Shown here piece after piece: positions 50,874 through 64,000 of a DNA stretch of 64,000 bases (the stretch's first letter is position 1; every line of letters begins with the position of its first letter). Under the pieces are notes generated by a model. The model was not told the origin of the DNA. It searched no databases and saw only the letters and a program-made list of their open reading frames with translations. The translations under genes were made by a program, and so were the position numbers. Source of the stretch: Marsupella aquatica (taxonomy: Eukaryota; Plantae; Marchantiophyta); contig OZ316891.1 of assembly GCA_973895155.1 (NCBI GenBank), forward strand, positions 2,595,324 to 2,659,323, given 5' to 3'.

Positions 50874-51693
50874 GATGATACTGGTCATAATTATTTGCAC
50901 TTATGGACTGTGCACTCAGCAAGAGCTCACTCTACATCATCATCATCATCCTCCCATCCAGTGTTTCCTCTCTTGGTGATTTTCTTCACATTTGCTACCA
51001 GGTGAAGGGGTTTGCCAATGATACAAAGAGATTTAAAAAAAACAAGTATTGACGCTAGAATCAATGGTTCAGATCTGGCCATACATACAGCTAAAGTAAC
51101 TGTACAACTAAGTACACAATTTTGGCTAAACCTAGGCTCCTCAACTCACTGTAAGTGCCACATGCCCAAATTACAAAAGATAGCACTGTGCCTGTCCCAT
51201 TCCATCCACTTTTCTTTTTGGTGGCAAAACAATTCTAGCTACCACTTCTCTAAACAATCTTTGCCATTTTTGGCAAAAAATTGCAAGGTTTACTTTCTTC
51301 CATTAGCCAATTTCCCGTCTAGCCACACACCCTATCTAACCAGAATCTACTGGCCATCCTTAAATGTGGGGAGGAGTTCTGATGGTCAGTATCAATCTAC
51401 AAAATTAGACAAGGAAGATTCCTAGAAGTTCTCCTGCCACAAGACCACATTAGCCACACTGGTTTAAAAAAGATCTTGAAAAATATGCCCATCCCATCCT
51501 ATCCCATCCCATTCCATCCCAAGTATTATTTTTCAATGATGTGAAAATAGTAATACCCATCTAATAAAAAGCAATAGAAAACCAGACTGTGAAACTGAGG
51601 GATAGAACTGGAAAGGGACATCATGATACACATAATCTATTTATGAGGAAAAGTATAATATTCAGGCTAGTTCTGTAATACTCTCCTCTTCCA

Positions 51694-53407
51694 TCTACTA
51701 CTATAATAACGAATCCCGCCAATTTTAGTCCTTCGTCCCGTTATAAAAATGAAAAAGGAGGGAACAAAGCTAAGCCATCAGATATTTTCTTGAATTATTT
51801 ATGGCTCTTGGATTGAGTGAGATGGGAACCTAAAATTGGCTGGAAGTTATAGTACAAGGTAGATATGTAAGTTATAGTACAAGGTAGATATAATATATCA
51901 TAGATTCATAGAGTACTTGCATGTGCTACTTTAGTTATTTTGTAGCTTGAGTATAATACTTTTTGGCATGGAGCATTAAAGTGCAAGTATATTATTTTAT
52001 GGTCTATTAATTTAGAATACATTTGGCATGGGGCATGAAAGTGAAAACTTTACTTGAGATAATGGTTTTGGTAGGGAGCGAGCACTAAGGGGAAGAGAGT
52101 AGGTTGACATTATATTATTTTGGCTTTTGCTCTTAAAAAGGAGATTTAACTCTTTGGAAATTAGTTAATTTTTAGTTATCTTGCATGGACCCCAATTTCT
52201 ATTTTGTACAATGATATCTTTCACTCAACAAAAGTTTTTGTGTAATAATGTATTTTAACAATTATTATTTTTATTCAACGGTTATCTTTTGCACCACGTA
52301 CGATCTATTTCTCAACAACATCTTTAACCAAACAACATCTATTATGCAACGCACTGGGATTGAAAGGATATCAAGAGAATGGTCATCTTTGCTAAACCCT
52401 AAAACACTAAATCTGAAACCAATAATATAACGTTGCTCCAATTTATAGTGGTCGACATTCAAATGCATGGGTATTTTTGGGTAAAAAAACAAAACAAAGA
52501 AAAAGATTCACTCCTTCTTAGTTTCCTTGATTTTTTATTTCATAACATCTTTCACATAACGATAGCTTGGGTGAAATAACACCATTTTTCTTTTAACATC
52601 TTTTACTTCACAATATCTTTGGCAAAATGACACCCTTTTCTTAATAACATCTTTCACACGATGGCATGTTTGGCAAAACTACTTTTTCTTAAGACATCTT
52701 TTTACTTTGTGACATCTTTCACTTAACAACATCTTGGGCAACACGATATCTTATTTCTTAACAACATCTTTTGTGCAACGCACGGGTATTTTCCGTGAAC
52801 GATGTCTTGGCCGACATGATGTTTTTTTCTCAACATCTTCGCCAACATGACAATTTTTTCTCAATGATATCTTGGCCGACACAACGTCTTTTTTCTCAAC
52901 AACTTCTTGGCCGACATGACAATTTTTGCTCAATGATATCTTGGCCAACACAACATCTTTTTTTCTCAACGTCTTCTTGGCCGACACAACATATTTTTTT
53001 CTCAATGACCTCTTGGGCAACAAGACATCTTTTTTCTCCACGACCTCTTGGTTGACACTACATATTTTCTTTCAACGACCTCTTGGCCAATACAACATTT
53101 TTTTCTCAACGACATCTTGACCAACACAACTTCTTTTCTCTCAATGACCTCTTGGGCGACACTACATCTTTACTCTCAACGACCTCTTGGGCGACATGAC
53201 ATCGTTTCTCTCAACGACCTCTTGGGCAACACGACATCTTTTCTCTCCACAACCTCTTGGGCAACACGACATCATTTCTCTCCACGACCTCCTAGGCAAC
53301 ACTACATCTTTTTTCTCCACGACCTCTTGGCTGACACTACATCATTTTTCTCAATGACATCTTGGCCGACACGATTTCTTTTGTGCAACGCACAGGTATT
53401 GAGCTAG
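51694..53407 (+). mobile_element. Non-autonomous Helitron
   Basis: 5' end A|TCTACTACTATAATA. 3' hairpin TGTGCAACGCACA (53382-53394) followed by CTAG|T. Inserted between A and T. Internal ~37-bp tandem array at 52800-53372. Confidence 0.88.
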
Positions 53408-54942
53408 TAAAGTATAATATTCAGGCTAGTTCTGTAATACTCTCCTCTTCCATTTTTTACGGACTTGATAGTTAGATGGCTTTATATTAGGTTTACTCTT
53501 TGTTCCACGTTGTACATGAGGGTTTAGCAGTCTCAATACTAGTTAGATACATAGCAAAATAACAATTAAACTTAGATTGTCCTGAATCCATGCAAATTAT
53601 TCTAAACATTGATATAAGTAGCTTTCATTAATAAACAGGGAATATTCATGGCACATTCCTTTCTCTAAAAACAAGTAGCATTATTAATTACTAGCCTGCC
53701 TGTTCATTGAAAAGCACATAAATAGATGTGATGACATTCAAACCCAAGTTAGAGTTTCACTCTAGACAGTAACACTACCTTCACTTTGCAATGATATTTA
53801 TGACCGGCCTGAATGCCCATTCCTAAAAAGTGATAACAAAAATTAGCATGCATGATCATTTTGACATACCATACCCATTCTCCTCTCTATCGATATACAT
53901 TTGGTGGGCCCTAGAGTTAAAGTCTAGAGGCTTCACTCTAGAAGTCTAGACCCGACTCTAGCTTCTGTTCAAGAATTAATGGTAAGATTAGATATGAAAA
54001 GGGAGACTCATATATCTTTGTTTGGTATACCTTTGTTTGGTAGGTTTATTATCATTGGAAGTCATACCAAGAGGGTTTAGCAGTCGTAATCATGGTTTGT
54101 GAGCCAGCAAAATGACAATAAAATAAGGTTTCCCGAGTAATCCTGGTTTGTGAACCGGCAAAATAACAATAAAATAAGGTTCCCCGAAATTGAGGAAAAT
54201 CATTCGAAACACTGATATGAGGCAGTTTTTATTATCCAGAAGGGAATATTCGTGGAACACTCGTGCTTCTTAAAAATGGGAAGGCTTCCATTCTTTTTTT
54301 AATCTTGAACGTCATACTTTACTTATATGTCAAGTAAAACCCAATAAAACCCGGAAGGCTTCCATTCTAATTATGTGAAAATCGCACCCATACAGCACAG
54401 TGGTAGCGCTCCAATGAGATACAGTAATCTGACTGGCGATGAGCATCAGACCTTAGCGAAATCCAATGCACGCAGCAGACGACAGATCTGACCCGTTCAT
54501 CCTCTCATGAACGGCCCTCATTCGCGCTCTGGCGATTTCCAGATTATTAAAATCGCGAACCCAAATCACAGCGCATGAGGAGCGCTCCGCTCCAATGGGA
54601 CACAGCCCGCTAAGTGAATGTGAGAATCAGTAAATCGCCGACACCGAATATACTACGCCGTCGTCAGATCCGAGCCTTTCATTCATCGGCCCCGGAGCGG
54701 ATGAGATTCAATCGGGTCCCTTCATTGGCGCCAACGCGCAATCCGCACGGTGATGAAACACGACGGGAGAGTTATGACTCGGAGGAGACCACGGTGTTAC
54801 AGTGATGGGTGTGTAAGCGGGGGGAAACAAGCAAGGAAGGTCTTGTCCAGTAACTACAGTACCGCTGTCTGTCTACAGTAACGCTGTCCAATTTTACACA
54901 CTGTTACACTGTTACTCGGCTACTCCCCTGCCGCAACCCTCC

Positions 54943-54952
54943 GTTAGGGTTT
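54943..54952 (-). promoter_or_regulatory. Telo-box (AAACCCTAA) upstream of LARP1
   Basis: GTTAGGGTTT on the plus strand, just before the GA-rich leader. Telo-boxes are typical of plant translation-related gene promoters. Confidence 0.5.
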
Positions 54953-55571
54953 TGTGTGCCATGTCCCGAGAGCGAGAGCGATGGAGAGGAGAGGAGACAG
55001 AGAAAGGGAAGTGAGAGGAGTGGAGACAGAGGAGTGAATGGAGATTGGGGACGAGAGCAGCACGAGGAGATGATGAGACGAGGAGAGGGGAAGCAAGAGA
55101 TGAGCTAGAGCGAGTAGGAGTGATACGTAATACGGTAGCTGTGGGTGGTCTTTCGGTGACATTCCTGAGGTGGAGGAGAAGAAGCATTACTGAGTTTGGA
55201 GGTGGAGGAGGAGGAGGAGGAGGAGGAGAAGATTGGGAAGGGGTTAAGGATTTCTCGAGCTTTTTTTAATCGAGGAGGACGGATCTCGGTCGGGCATTAC
55301 GGAGGCGGAGGAGAAGAAGATTGGGTAGGCGGAGGAGGGGGTAAGGATTTCTGGAGCTTTTTTTTTCATTGAGGAGGGCGGATTGACAGAGGAGCGGAGA
55401 GGAGACGTCTCGTGGTGGTGCGGAGGTTGGGGGGAGGGTGGAGCTAATCCATATAACGCCATTGTTTGCCAGCAGGGTGATATCGTATCGGAAGGGGATG
55501 AATTGCTGCGGAGGGCAAAGGAGGGGCAGCCGGCGCTTGTGAGGCAGAGGGAGCTTGCCAGGACGGCCGAC

Positions 55572-58500
55572 ATGGCGTCGTCCGAAGCGCCTCCTTCGCC
55601 TTCTGTACCTGCTGCTACTCCTTTGCCTGCCCCTCCTGTTGCAGAGCCTCCCTCCACCTCCTCGTCGCCGTCACCTAGCAACAGTACCGGCGTTAGTAAT
55701 AGGTCCGGGGATTCTCCTTCTTCTTCTGCTCCGGCCACTACTATCACTACCACGGGGAGTCCTGCAATTAATGGGAGTAGCAAAACAGGGATTGTTGCTG
55801 GAGCAGGAGTACAACGAATTAGAGGGGCGTGGTCTCAGGTTGTAAGGGGCCAGGTCGCTGCGCAGGACAATGGTTTGGCAGCTTTGGTTAGTGGACCGCC
55901 TTCTTCTGACTCTGCTTTTTCTACCATTTCTGTACCATCGGTTTCCTCTGACCCCGCCCCTGCCCCCGCCCCTGCCCCATCCAAACGCCTCACAAAATCA
56001 GGAGCATCTGCTTCAACGCCTCCCGTCTCAGCGCAGCCTGTCACTACAACCTCATCATCCACCCCTCCGCCTCCGCCATCCTCCTCATCCTCTCCCGCGT
56101 CAAGCTCAGCTGCTGTCTCGAAGAAAGTAGAGGATGTTGGCAAGGATCGATCTCAGACGGAGTCAGCTGGGGGAGAGGAGGCCGTCGAGAGTGGAGGGGA
56201 GGCTACTTCATCGCCTGCGCCAGATGTCGCTGTGGATAATCTTGTGAAGCCTTCGAAGCCTGCTTGGAAAAAACCCGTTGTCAATTCCAGTAAGGTGACG
56301 GTAGTCGGGCCAGTCATGGGAGCCGACTTGTGGCCTGCACTAGCAGATGCTCGCAGCTCCAAAGCTGGTCCTTCGGATGCGCCGAAATATTCTGCCCCTT
56401 CTCCCGCTACCGCTACGTCATCTGTGGTGCTGCCGGAAGGATCATCACCAGAGCAGGTGTGTTTGGCATATTTTCAACTGTCTGCTTCTCGTGTATCTTC
56501 TTCTGATTAGGAATGGCTAGAGCAATTGCGTCGCGTTTTTTTGTTGGCTGAGATGACCGAGATTTTTACTGTTTTGGACACAATCTATCTTAGCTTGTAT
56601 CCCTCTCCGACTCGCTGTCGCTGCGCTTCCACACCCTCCTTATTCACTTCGTTCTGTATCCATCCCTCTCGATGCTGTTTGCCTGCATCGATTTCTCTAT
56701 TTGCTTGCATTTAAATCTGAGGCTATTTCGTCCATTTCGTTGTTTTTCTTTGCTTACAGTTAAATCTGAGGGCTGTTTTCGTTAGTTAATCCTCTTTCTC
56801 TCGCCCTCTCTCTCCCGTCATTTTGCGTCGCTTGCATAAATTCTGAGGGCTGTTGTCTACAGTTGCTGCCCATTTCCATCCATGTCACACTCTCTCTCTT
56901 TTGATTTGCTCGGATTTAAGTCTGAAGGCATTTTCTTCGTTGGTATCGCGTTTGTTCTACTCCGCGTCGATCTCAATTCCCTTCGTATTAATGCAACTGC
57001 ATTGTCGGTGATTGGTTTGAATTGATCAGGCAGCATCTGCGGGTTGGTCGAGGGCAGGCGGTAGTAACCCTACCCGTAATTCTACTAGTAGTTCTGCTGG
57101 TGGAAGCAAACAGAAAGCACTGAAGCAGAGGGCTGGGTCCAGTACAAATGGCGTCTCAACGCCTCCTCAAGCTACTTCTTCAGATGTCCCTGCTCCGTCT
57201 CAGAGCGAGAGCACTGTTCCCTCCTCTCAGCAGCTACCTCAGAATGCTGCTGACATTGCTCCCACAGCCGAACCTAGCACACGGAGCAGTGGTGAGGAAG
57301 CGGCGAAAGCCAACAATCAATTTTCGAATGCTGCAAATAACCAAGAGCCTAGGCGCCCCTTCCACCAGCGGGGTCCAGCTGGGTTTGCTGGCAATTCTGG
57401 TAACAGGCGTAACAACGTGCGAGGGGAACAGGTTCGAGGTAATCATGGGGGCTGGCATCATAATAATAATCGACCATTTAGCAATAACCCAAGAGACAGC
57501 AATGCTCCAAGCGCACAACAACGTGTTGGGCCTAGACACTTCGGCCGTGGTGGGGCCGCATTTGTCGCAAATAATCAACCGGGATTTGTGAACCCAGCAG
57601 GTTATCTACCGATTCCTTTGTCCAACTGTCTATCGTCTGATCAATCAAGCTTCAATTTTGCAAGGAATGCACTCATTTCCTCCCGGTATAGATATAGAAA
57701 TGCGTTAGATGTTGTTTGGTCGATCAACCTTCGTACTTGCAAGGAATTCCCTTATATCTCTTGGCATAGAGATCGCCTGTCCTAGGAGAACGATCAACTT
57801 TACGGTTCTTAAAGAGTTAGAAGGGCACAGAACAGTTGCAGGGCACCTCACATCGGGTCTTGAATGTTGTAGGCGTCCAGGGAGGTATGTATTATGTGCC
57901 TGCTGGCACGGCTGCTCCTGTACGGGGCGCTTATTTTACGCCTCCGGCTGTAGGAGTCAACGTCGAGGGCGCTGCACCTCTGCGTGCGTTGGTGGTGAAG
58001 CAGATTGAATACTATTTTAGGTTTGCGGTCTCTTGATCATTTCTCGTTCTCTCAGTTTGTATCTGATCCAAGTACCTGCCGAGATCGATCAGTTATGTAT
58101 TCAAAAGGTGGGTAACGCACGCTGACAGGGTTGTTTTTGTCCACAGCATTGAAAATTTGTGCAGAGATATATTTTTACGTTCCAAAATGGACGAACAAGG
58201 CTTCATCCCCGTGTCTGTTATTGCCAATTTTAATAGGGTAAGCGCTCACCGGTGGCCTGTGATGACGGTGCCTTATTGTGCTCAACGCCTTAGTTGTCCT
58301 AACTGGTTGACCACGGTTTCTTCACATTTTGTTTGCAGGTAAAAATGCTTACTGGGGATACGGTGTTTATTTTAGAGGCTCTGCGAACCAACTCCACTTT
58401 GGTGGAAGTCCAGGTAGTTAACTCGACTGAGTTATTTTCAGTGGATTTGCTTGCTGTGCATGAAGTAGGGGTTATCTGAATGGTCTGGTATGGCAGGGTG

Positions 58501-61500
58501 ATAAGCTACGAAAACGGGATGATTGGGCCAATTGGCTTTTACCTCCGAGCCACGTGGTCGGACCTTCGGTTGTCCCAGCTCCAGGAACAGGTGAAGATGG
58601 TCATATTGGTTCGGGTAACAGTAGTCGTGAGGATACCGGACAGCAACCGGAAGAGCAAGTAGTGAAGGTTGCCAATCCAGATAGCACTTCGTCTCTTGCT
58701 TCCTCTTCCTCCGGAAATACAGCGTTACCGGAAGGCAACAGTAGATTGGAAAGTGGTTCAAAGGATATGGAAACTTCCTCTACACTACATAGAGATGCTC
58801 AATTATCGACTCTCTCACATGATGGTACAGAATCATTGAATGAGCTGGGTTCTGCGCCTCAGAGTGACAGCTCTGGTGTGGCAATTGCGAACTCTATTTC
58901 TGGATCTTTGCAACCATCAGAGACAGATCTTTCTTCTGCAAAAGTACAAGCAAGAGAAGGTGGGGCTAGTAGATTAAATGGTTCTGGCCCCCAAGCTAGC
59001 AGCCTCCATGGAATTAAGTCCTCTGCTATCGAGAGTGACACTGTCCGGGAGTTGCCTTCTTCTAATTCTGAAGAGAGTGGAGTTGTAGCAGATGACGAGG
59101 GAGATTGGTTAACCGCTTCTGTTAGGAATGGAGCAAAACGCAAGGGTTCAAGCAACAAGAAACCTCCGACTTTGAAGTCTGGAGAGCAAAAGAGGGGAGG
59201 CCTCACCGCTGCTTTTGCTGTTGATGAATCTACTACGAGTCATGATGAGGACACGTTTCAGTTTGATGAAGAGCTTGAATCAGAGAGACCATCGAAAGAT
59301 CATCAGACAGCTGTTCCCAAAAGGTACACTTAAAGTCCTCATTACACGCTGTTTTCCCCCATTTGTACTGTGCTTCGGTTAGCCAGCCAGGTGTCACCCG
59401 CAGGTGCTAATTCAATGAAATGTCAATTAAGATTACAAGGGAGGAATGAAGTTTTTCACATGTCAGTGCGTTGTCCTTCCCTGCAGTCACGAGGAGGATG
59501 AAGATGGTGATTCTGATGTTGATGATAACGATGTACATCGATTGATCATTGTTACACAGGTAAGGATTAGTGTTTAGTCCCACGAATGTGAGAAGCCGTT
59601 GTACTTCAAGCAGTGAGATGATGGTTGTTGTGTCTTTGATGATATGAATTCCCGGTATCTAGATCGATCGATCGATCCATCGAGAAGTGCCTTGGCGAAC
59701 GGGAAATGAGTGTATCGAGGATGTGTTAAATCTGAACTTCTGTGTGAGCCAAATTTGGAATGGCCTTCAAATGTAAACTTTGCTCCTAAGATTATCTTTA
59801 CAATTGCAATATCATATGACCAAGATTCCTTGGGAGAGGAGATCTCCGGCTAGTTATGGGAGAGCAGTAGTGGTTTCCAAGTTTCCATTGTGTATCTCAT
59901 TCATGATGTTTGTACTAATGCAGAGTAGGAAACCAAATAAGCATGACCGTAGGGGACATGATGGTCGTGATCACGGGCGAAAGTCCATCTCAGATGAGCT
60001 TGTGTCAGTCATAAATGACGGCCTTTTCTTCTATGAGCAGGTAAGTTGCAGGTACTTCAAGAATGAATGGGACATCTCATGAATGCCTTGCATGTTTTAG
60101 AATCTATGAGTCAAGCTCTGAATTTGTTTCTATTGTTGTTTGTGTCCATCCACTCAGGAATTGCGGATGAGCAAGACAAAGCGTAGTGGTACTTCTCATA
60201 CCTTTCAAGATCGGAAACAGGGTACCACAGATAGCGCGGCCAGCAGTGGGCTGGAGATTGCAAGCTCAAGGTCTATTGTGGGCAGCTTTGGTAGCAGTGC
60301 GGGTAGCGCTGGCAGTGGATCTGAGAACCATGGGCTGGTGCGTCCACCCAGAGCTTACGCCAAAGCAGGCTCTACTGTGCCATCCACTCAGAATCAGCGG
60401 TTGTTTGCTAGCGCCCCAAGAGATGTTGCACATGGAGGGCGACAAAACCGGTTCAGCCTTGCTGCAGAAAGTCCTCCAAGTGATTCCGTGGGATTTTTCT
60501 TCGGGGCTACTCCACCTGACAACTACAGGTCCTCCAAATTTCTCCTCTAATTATTCTGCATTGCTTACTTCTCGAGACGACGCTATGCAATTTTGTTCTT
60601 GATCCCCTTTGTAGACAGATAACTGCATTGCAGTAACCCTGGTTTTTTAAAATGCTAAGCTGCTCCGTTGGCAACTTTTGTATGGTTGCAGTGGAGCCGG
60701 TCGTATGTCGTCGTCATTTGGATCACGACTTGGCACGTCTTCTCCTTATGGCACACCTCCTGGTGGTGGTTTCTTACCTGGCAGTAGCCCTCCTGTGGGA
60801 TCTGTACCAAAATCGTTCCCGCATTTTCAACATCCTAGCCATGCCTTGCTTGAAGATAATGGCTTCAAGCAACAAAAGTGAGTCTTTTTTTGGTGATATT
60901 TCTCTACAATATTCGGCTTGGTTCCTATTATCATGTGGCTTGTGAAACTGTTATGAATCCTTGGAAGAACAAGGTACATCTAGCCTTCTAATGGATTTTG
61001 CTGGTGCAGGTATTTCAAATTTTACAAACGTTGTCTAGATGATCGCAAAGTTCGAGGAATCGGTCACAGTGAGGTAATTTGTCGTTCTTAAGCATTTTTG
61101 ATAGGCATTACCAGTCCTTCATGATGTTTACCCCCATGCAAGTGACAGGTAGAATGAATCGTTAGCTGTATGTTGTGGATTACGTTTCCTGCTCAATGTA
61201 ATCAAAGGATTGAGAATTGGAGTTTTATAATTCAATTTTCTGACCACGGAAGTTTTGTTTTCAAAGTCGTTTAGCATTAAGACAGCAATACAGATATTCT
61301 CTTCTCTCGGTAGCTTTTGCCGTACTTGTCTGCTTATGTGGAGCTTGTATTGTTCTAAATGTTCTTGGCAACCTAGCACATTGCGGTTTCAGATGTGTTT
61401 TAGTTGATTGAACCCTTGACCTTTTATTGCATGTACAATTTCGTAGATGAATACTGCTGCGTTTTGTCGATGTTATCGCAATTTCAGGGTGAATTTGGTT

Positions 61501-62385
61501 GCCTGAATACAGTGACACTCCTGACGACAGTGCACATGCTGGCATTGCAGGAAATGAATACGCTATTCCGGTTTTGGTCATATTTCTTGCGAACCAATTT
61601 TAATCAGACCATGTACAAGGAATTCTGCAAGCTAGCAGAAGAGGATGCAGCTGCAAAATACAATTATGGCCTGGAATGTCTGTTCCGATTTTACAGGTTA
61701 GCTATGTTTGAAAAGCTGTTCTGGAGGTGCCTTCTTTGTGTATACTGCAGTCATCAATCCTTTGATGAAGTAAATCGCTAATGAAGTGCTAACTGTTCCT
61801 CACACTGTTATGTGGCAGTTATGGCTTGGAGAAAAAGTTCAAACAAGATATGTATGACGATTTTGAGAAGCTGACCCTTGAAACCTACAAGAAGGGCAAC
61901 GTATATGGCCTGGAAAAATATTGGTATGTCTCTTTACGAAAGATGCTGATGATTCAGCTACCTTACTTAAGGGTATAACTGCAAGGGAGCAAATGGTTTT
62001 TCGTCAATTTTCGCTGTCTAAAACCCGTTGAGTGTATAACTTGAGGTCAATTGAAAACAAAGACCAATTGTCTACCGCTCATAGTGAGTGTCTTGAGTGT
62101 CTTGCTTGCAGGGCTTTTCATCACTACCGGAAGGACAAGTCGAAAAGGACCATCAAAAAGCATCCAGAGTTAGAGAAGCTTCTGGCTGAGGAGTTCCAGT
62201 CAATTGAGGACTTCAAAAGGGCTAAGGAGAAGCTAGCACAAGAGAATAAAGGGAAAGATGCGAGTGGTAGCGTCAGTGCCATTAGAGACAGTGGAGAAGC
62301 AGGAAGTTCATCGCAGTCACTATCAACTGCCCAATCACTGATGTCTGTGAGTGCCACATCCTCAGCATCTATTGCGGTATCTTAA
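55572..62385 (+). CDS. LARP1: La-related protein 1 (La motif + DM15 repeats), multi-exon
   Basis: ATG at 55572. [20 protein letters not shown]. Spliced La motif [45 protein letters not shown]...[24 protein letters not shown] and [14 protein letters not shown]15 region [62 protein letters not shown]. Stop at 62383-62385. Confidence 0.97.
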
Positions 62386-64000
62386 GTGTAGCCAATAGAT
62401 GGAAAGATTTTTTCAATGTAGTTAAGGATATCAAACAGACCATCTTTTCAGTATATTCTGGCCAACTACAGAAAGGAGTCTCTTAGAGATTGATGAACGT
62501 GCCAAGGGAGCACATGAAAGGCTAAGTGTCTTAGCCTAGCGTTTATAAATGAGCTGGCCACACATTAGTGGCAAGTTTGAAAAGGTCTACTGAAAGTGGA
62601 GTGTCCATAGGGTCTGTCATGTATCACTCCCACTTCACTTGCCATAATTTTCGCATTTATCTGTAGAAGCTGCTAGATGAAATACATTTCTGCTATCTCA
62701 AATTGGGATGGGTAAGGTCTGTTGAGAAATCCATCTGTTGGGATATGAGCATCAAGTGTAGGACATGTTTCCAAGAAAAAGTAGAGCTCTCAGGATTCGG
62801 CTTTAGGTAGGTGTAATTAGGAATTTTTTTGAGAACCTCCAAGAGGACAACGGGTTGGTAATGAGTCCTTATGGATGCGGGCAACTGATGAAGAAACGCT
62901 CCTTTATAAGATGTGAATTGTGTTTCACTAGTTGGACAGCAGCGTCGTCTGTGATCGCTCTCAAAACTGCAATGAGTTTTGTGTGCCTCATGGCATGTGT
63001 GGTGTCCACTATTAGAAATGAGGGTAGAGACTTCGCAGTTATGCATACCCGTGTTACTCCTGCTGAAACAAAGTTGAGGTGTTTGGCAGAGAAGCGCTGC
63101 CACAAATGGGCAGATGTACTTAATTTGAGAGGTAGCCTGACATGTTAGTAAGTTGTGAATGGTTCTTTATCTTGATGATATGCTGTTAGTCTTTTGAGCG
63201 AGTACCTGGACGATTGTTCTCACTTTTTGGTGCGACCAATCTAACGGACAAAAATAATTCCACTGTGCAATAATTGATTGCTCTTCACCAGTCATCTTGA
63301 AATGAGTTCTGTAAATTGTAATGCTTCTATCGTTATGTGATCTAGTCAGCTCTCTAAAATGTTTTTTAGGCGAGGCACTTACTATATGAGTGTCATTGAT
63401 ATTTGGTTGAGCATTCTGTGAAGATTGGAATTCGATGTAACACAACTGGTAGCGGGATGTGAGTACTACGTTACTCGGACTGTTGATTTAATATTAGTGC
63501 TGGCGCAGCTCTGTCATGGCTCTACTATGCCACTTACTTTGGAGTACGGTTGGGCCATTTACGTTTTGTTTTCAAGTACGAATGTTTTGATAAGTTTCTG
63601 AAGGCTGCCTGGAGTTGAGTAGCCACTAATTATACCGAGATGTTTTGGCTCTGAGCTTCCTTTACTTCATTTTTTGGGCAAATTATGTTAGATTAGTATA
63701 GTATTTCTGAAAGCTGAACGAGAACGAATGCGGAAATGCATTGCAAAGTCCACCCAGCCGTCCTGGTACTTAGTACATCAAAGGGCCAAATGGAGAGCCT
63801 AAAAAATTGGATTTCAATGCACAAATCTTGGAATGATAGTCACCTTCTATAGTCACACCATCCATGCATTACTCTCTTGCAAATATATTGCTTACAGCGG
63901 AGGAAAAATAGTCAATCAAGCACTGTAATATGTAATCCTGCGTCTGCTTTAGAACTTAAATGGATAGAATAAGATCTACTCATTGTTACATTCTAGAGTT

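Noticed and set aside
52751-53407. Several repetitive ORFs
   Set aside because: By-products of the Helitron's internal tandem array.
62693-63445. ORFs downstream of LARP1
   Set aside because: No domain or splice support; probably 3' UTR or intergenic.

Overview
Eukaryotic nuclear DNA from a land plant, probably a non-seed plant (inferred from the Replitron). It has GT-AG spliced genes separated by AT-rich, transposon-filled spacers. I can support five intron-containing genes: (1) a short protein ending in a tomosyn-type R-SNARE domain with no visible WD40 propellers (+, ~5.6-7.4 kb); (2) an M3-family thimet oligopeptidase (-, 10.7-16.9 kb); (3) the TPR/U-box E3 ligase CHIP (+, 32.1-35.2 kb); (4) an uncharacterised, probably plastid-targeted helical protein (+, 38.7-40.9 kb); (5) LARP1 (+, 55.6-62.4 kb). 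Mobile DNA includes a decayed Replitron-type Y1 HUH endonuclease ORF (20.9-22.0 kb) bracketed by a 15-bp direct repeat, and a full-length Ty1/copia element (43820-50319) with TSD, PBS and PPT, nested in an L1 LINE remnant. It also includes a non-autonomous Helitron flanked by an unusual 45-bp duplication, a tRNA-derived SINE, and at least three MITE families (8-bp, 9-bp and TTAA target duplications). Many short tandem duplications are present. All calls were made by eye; no database searches were run.
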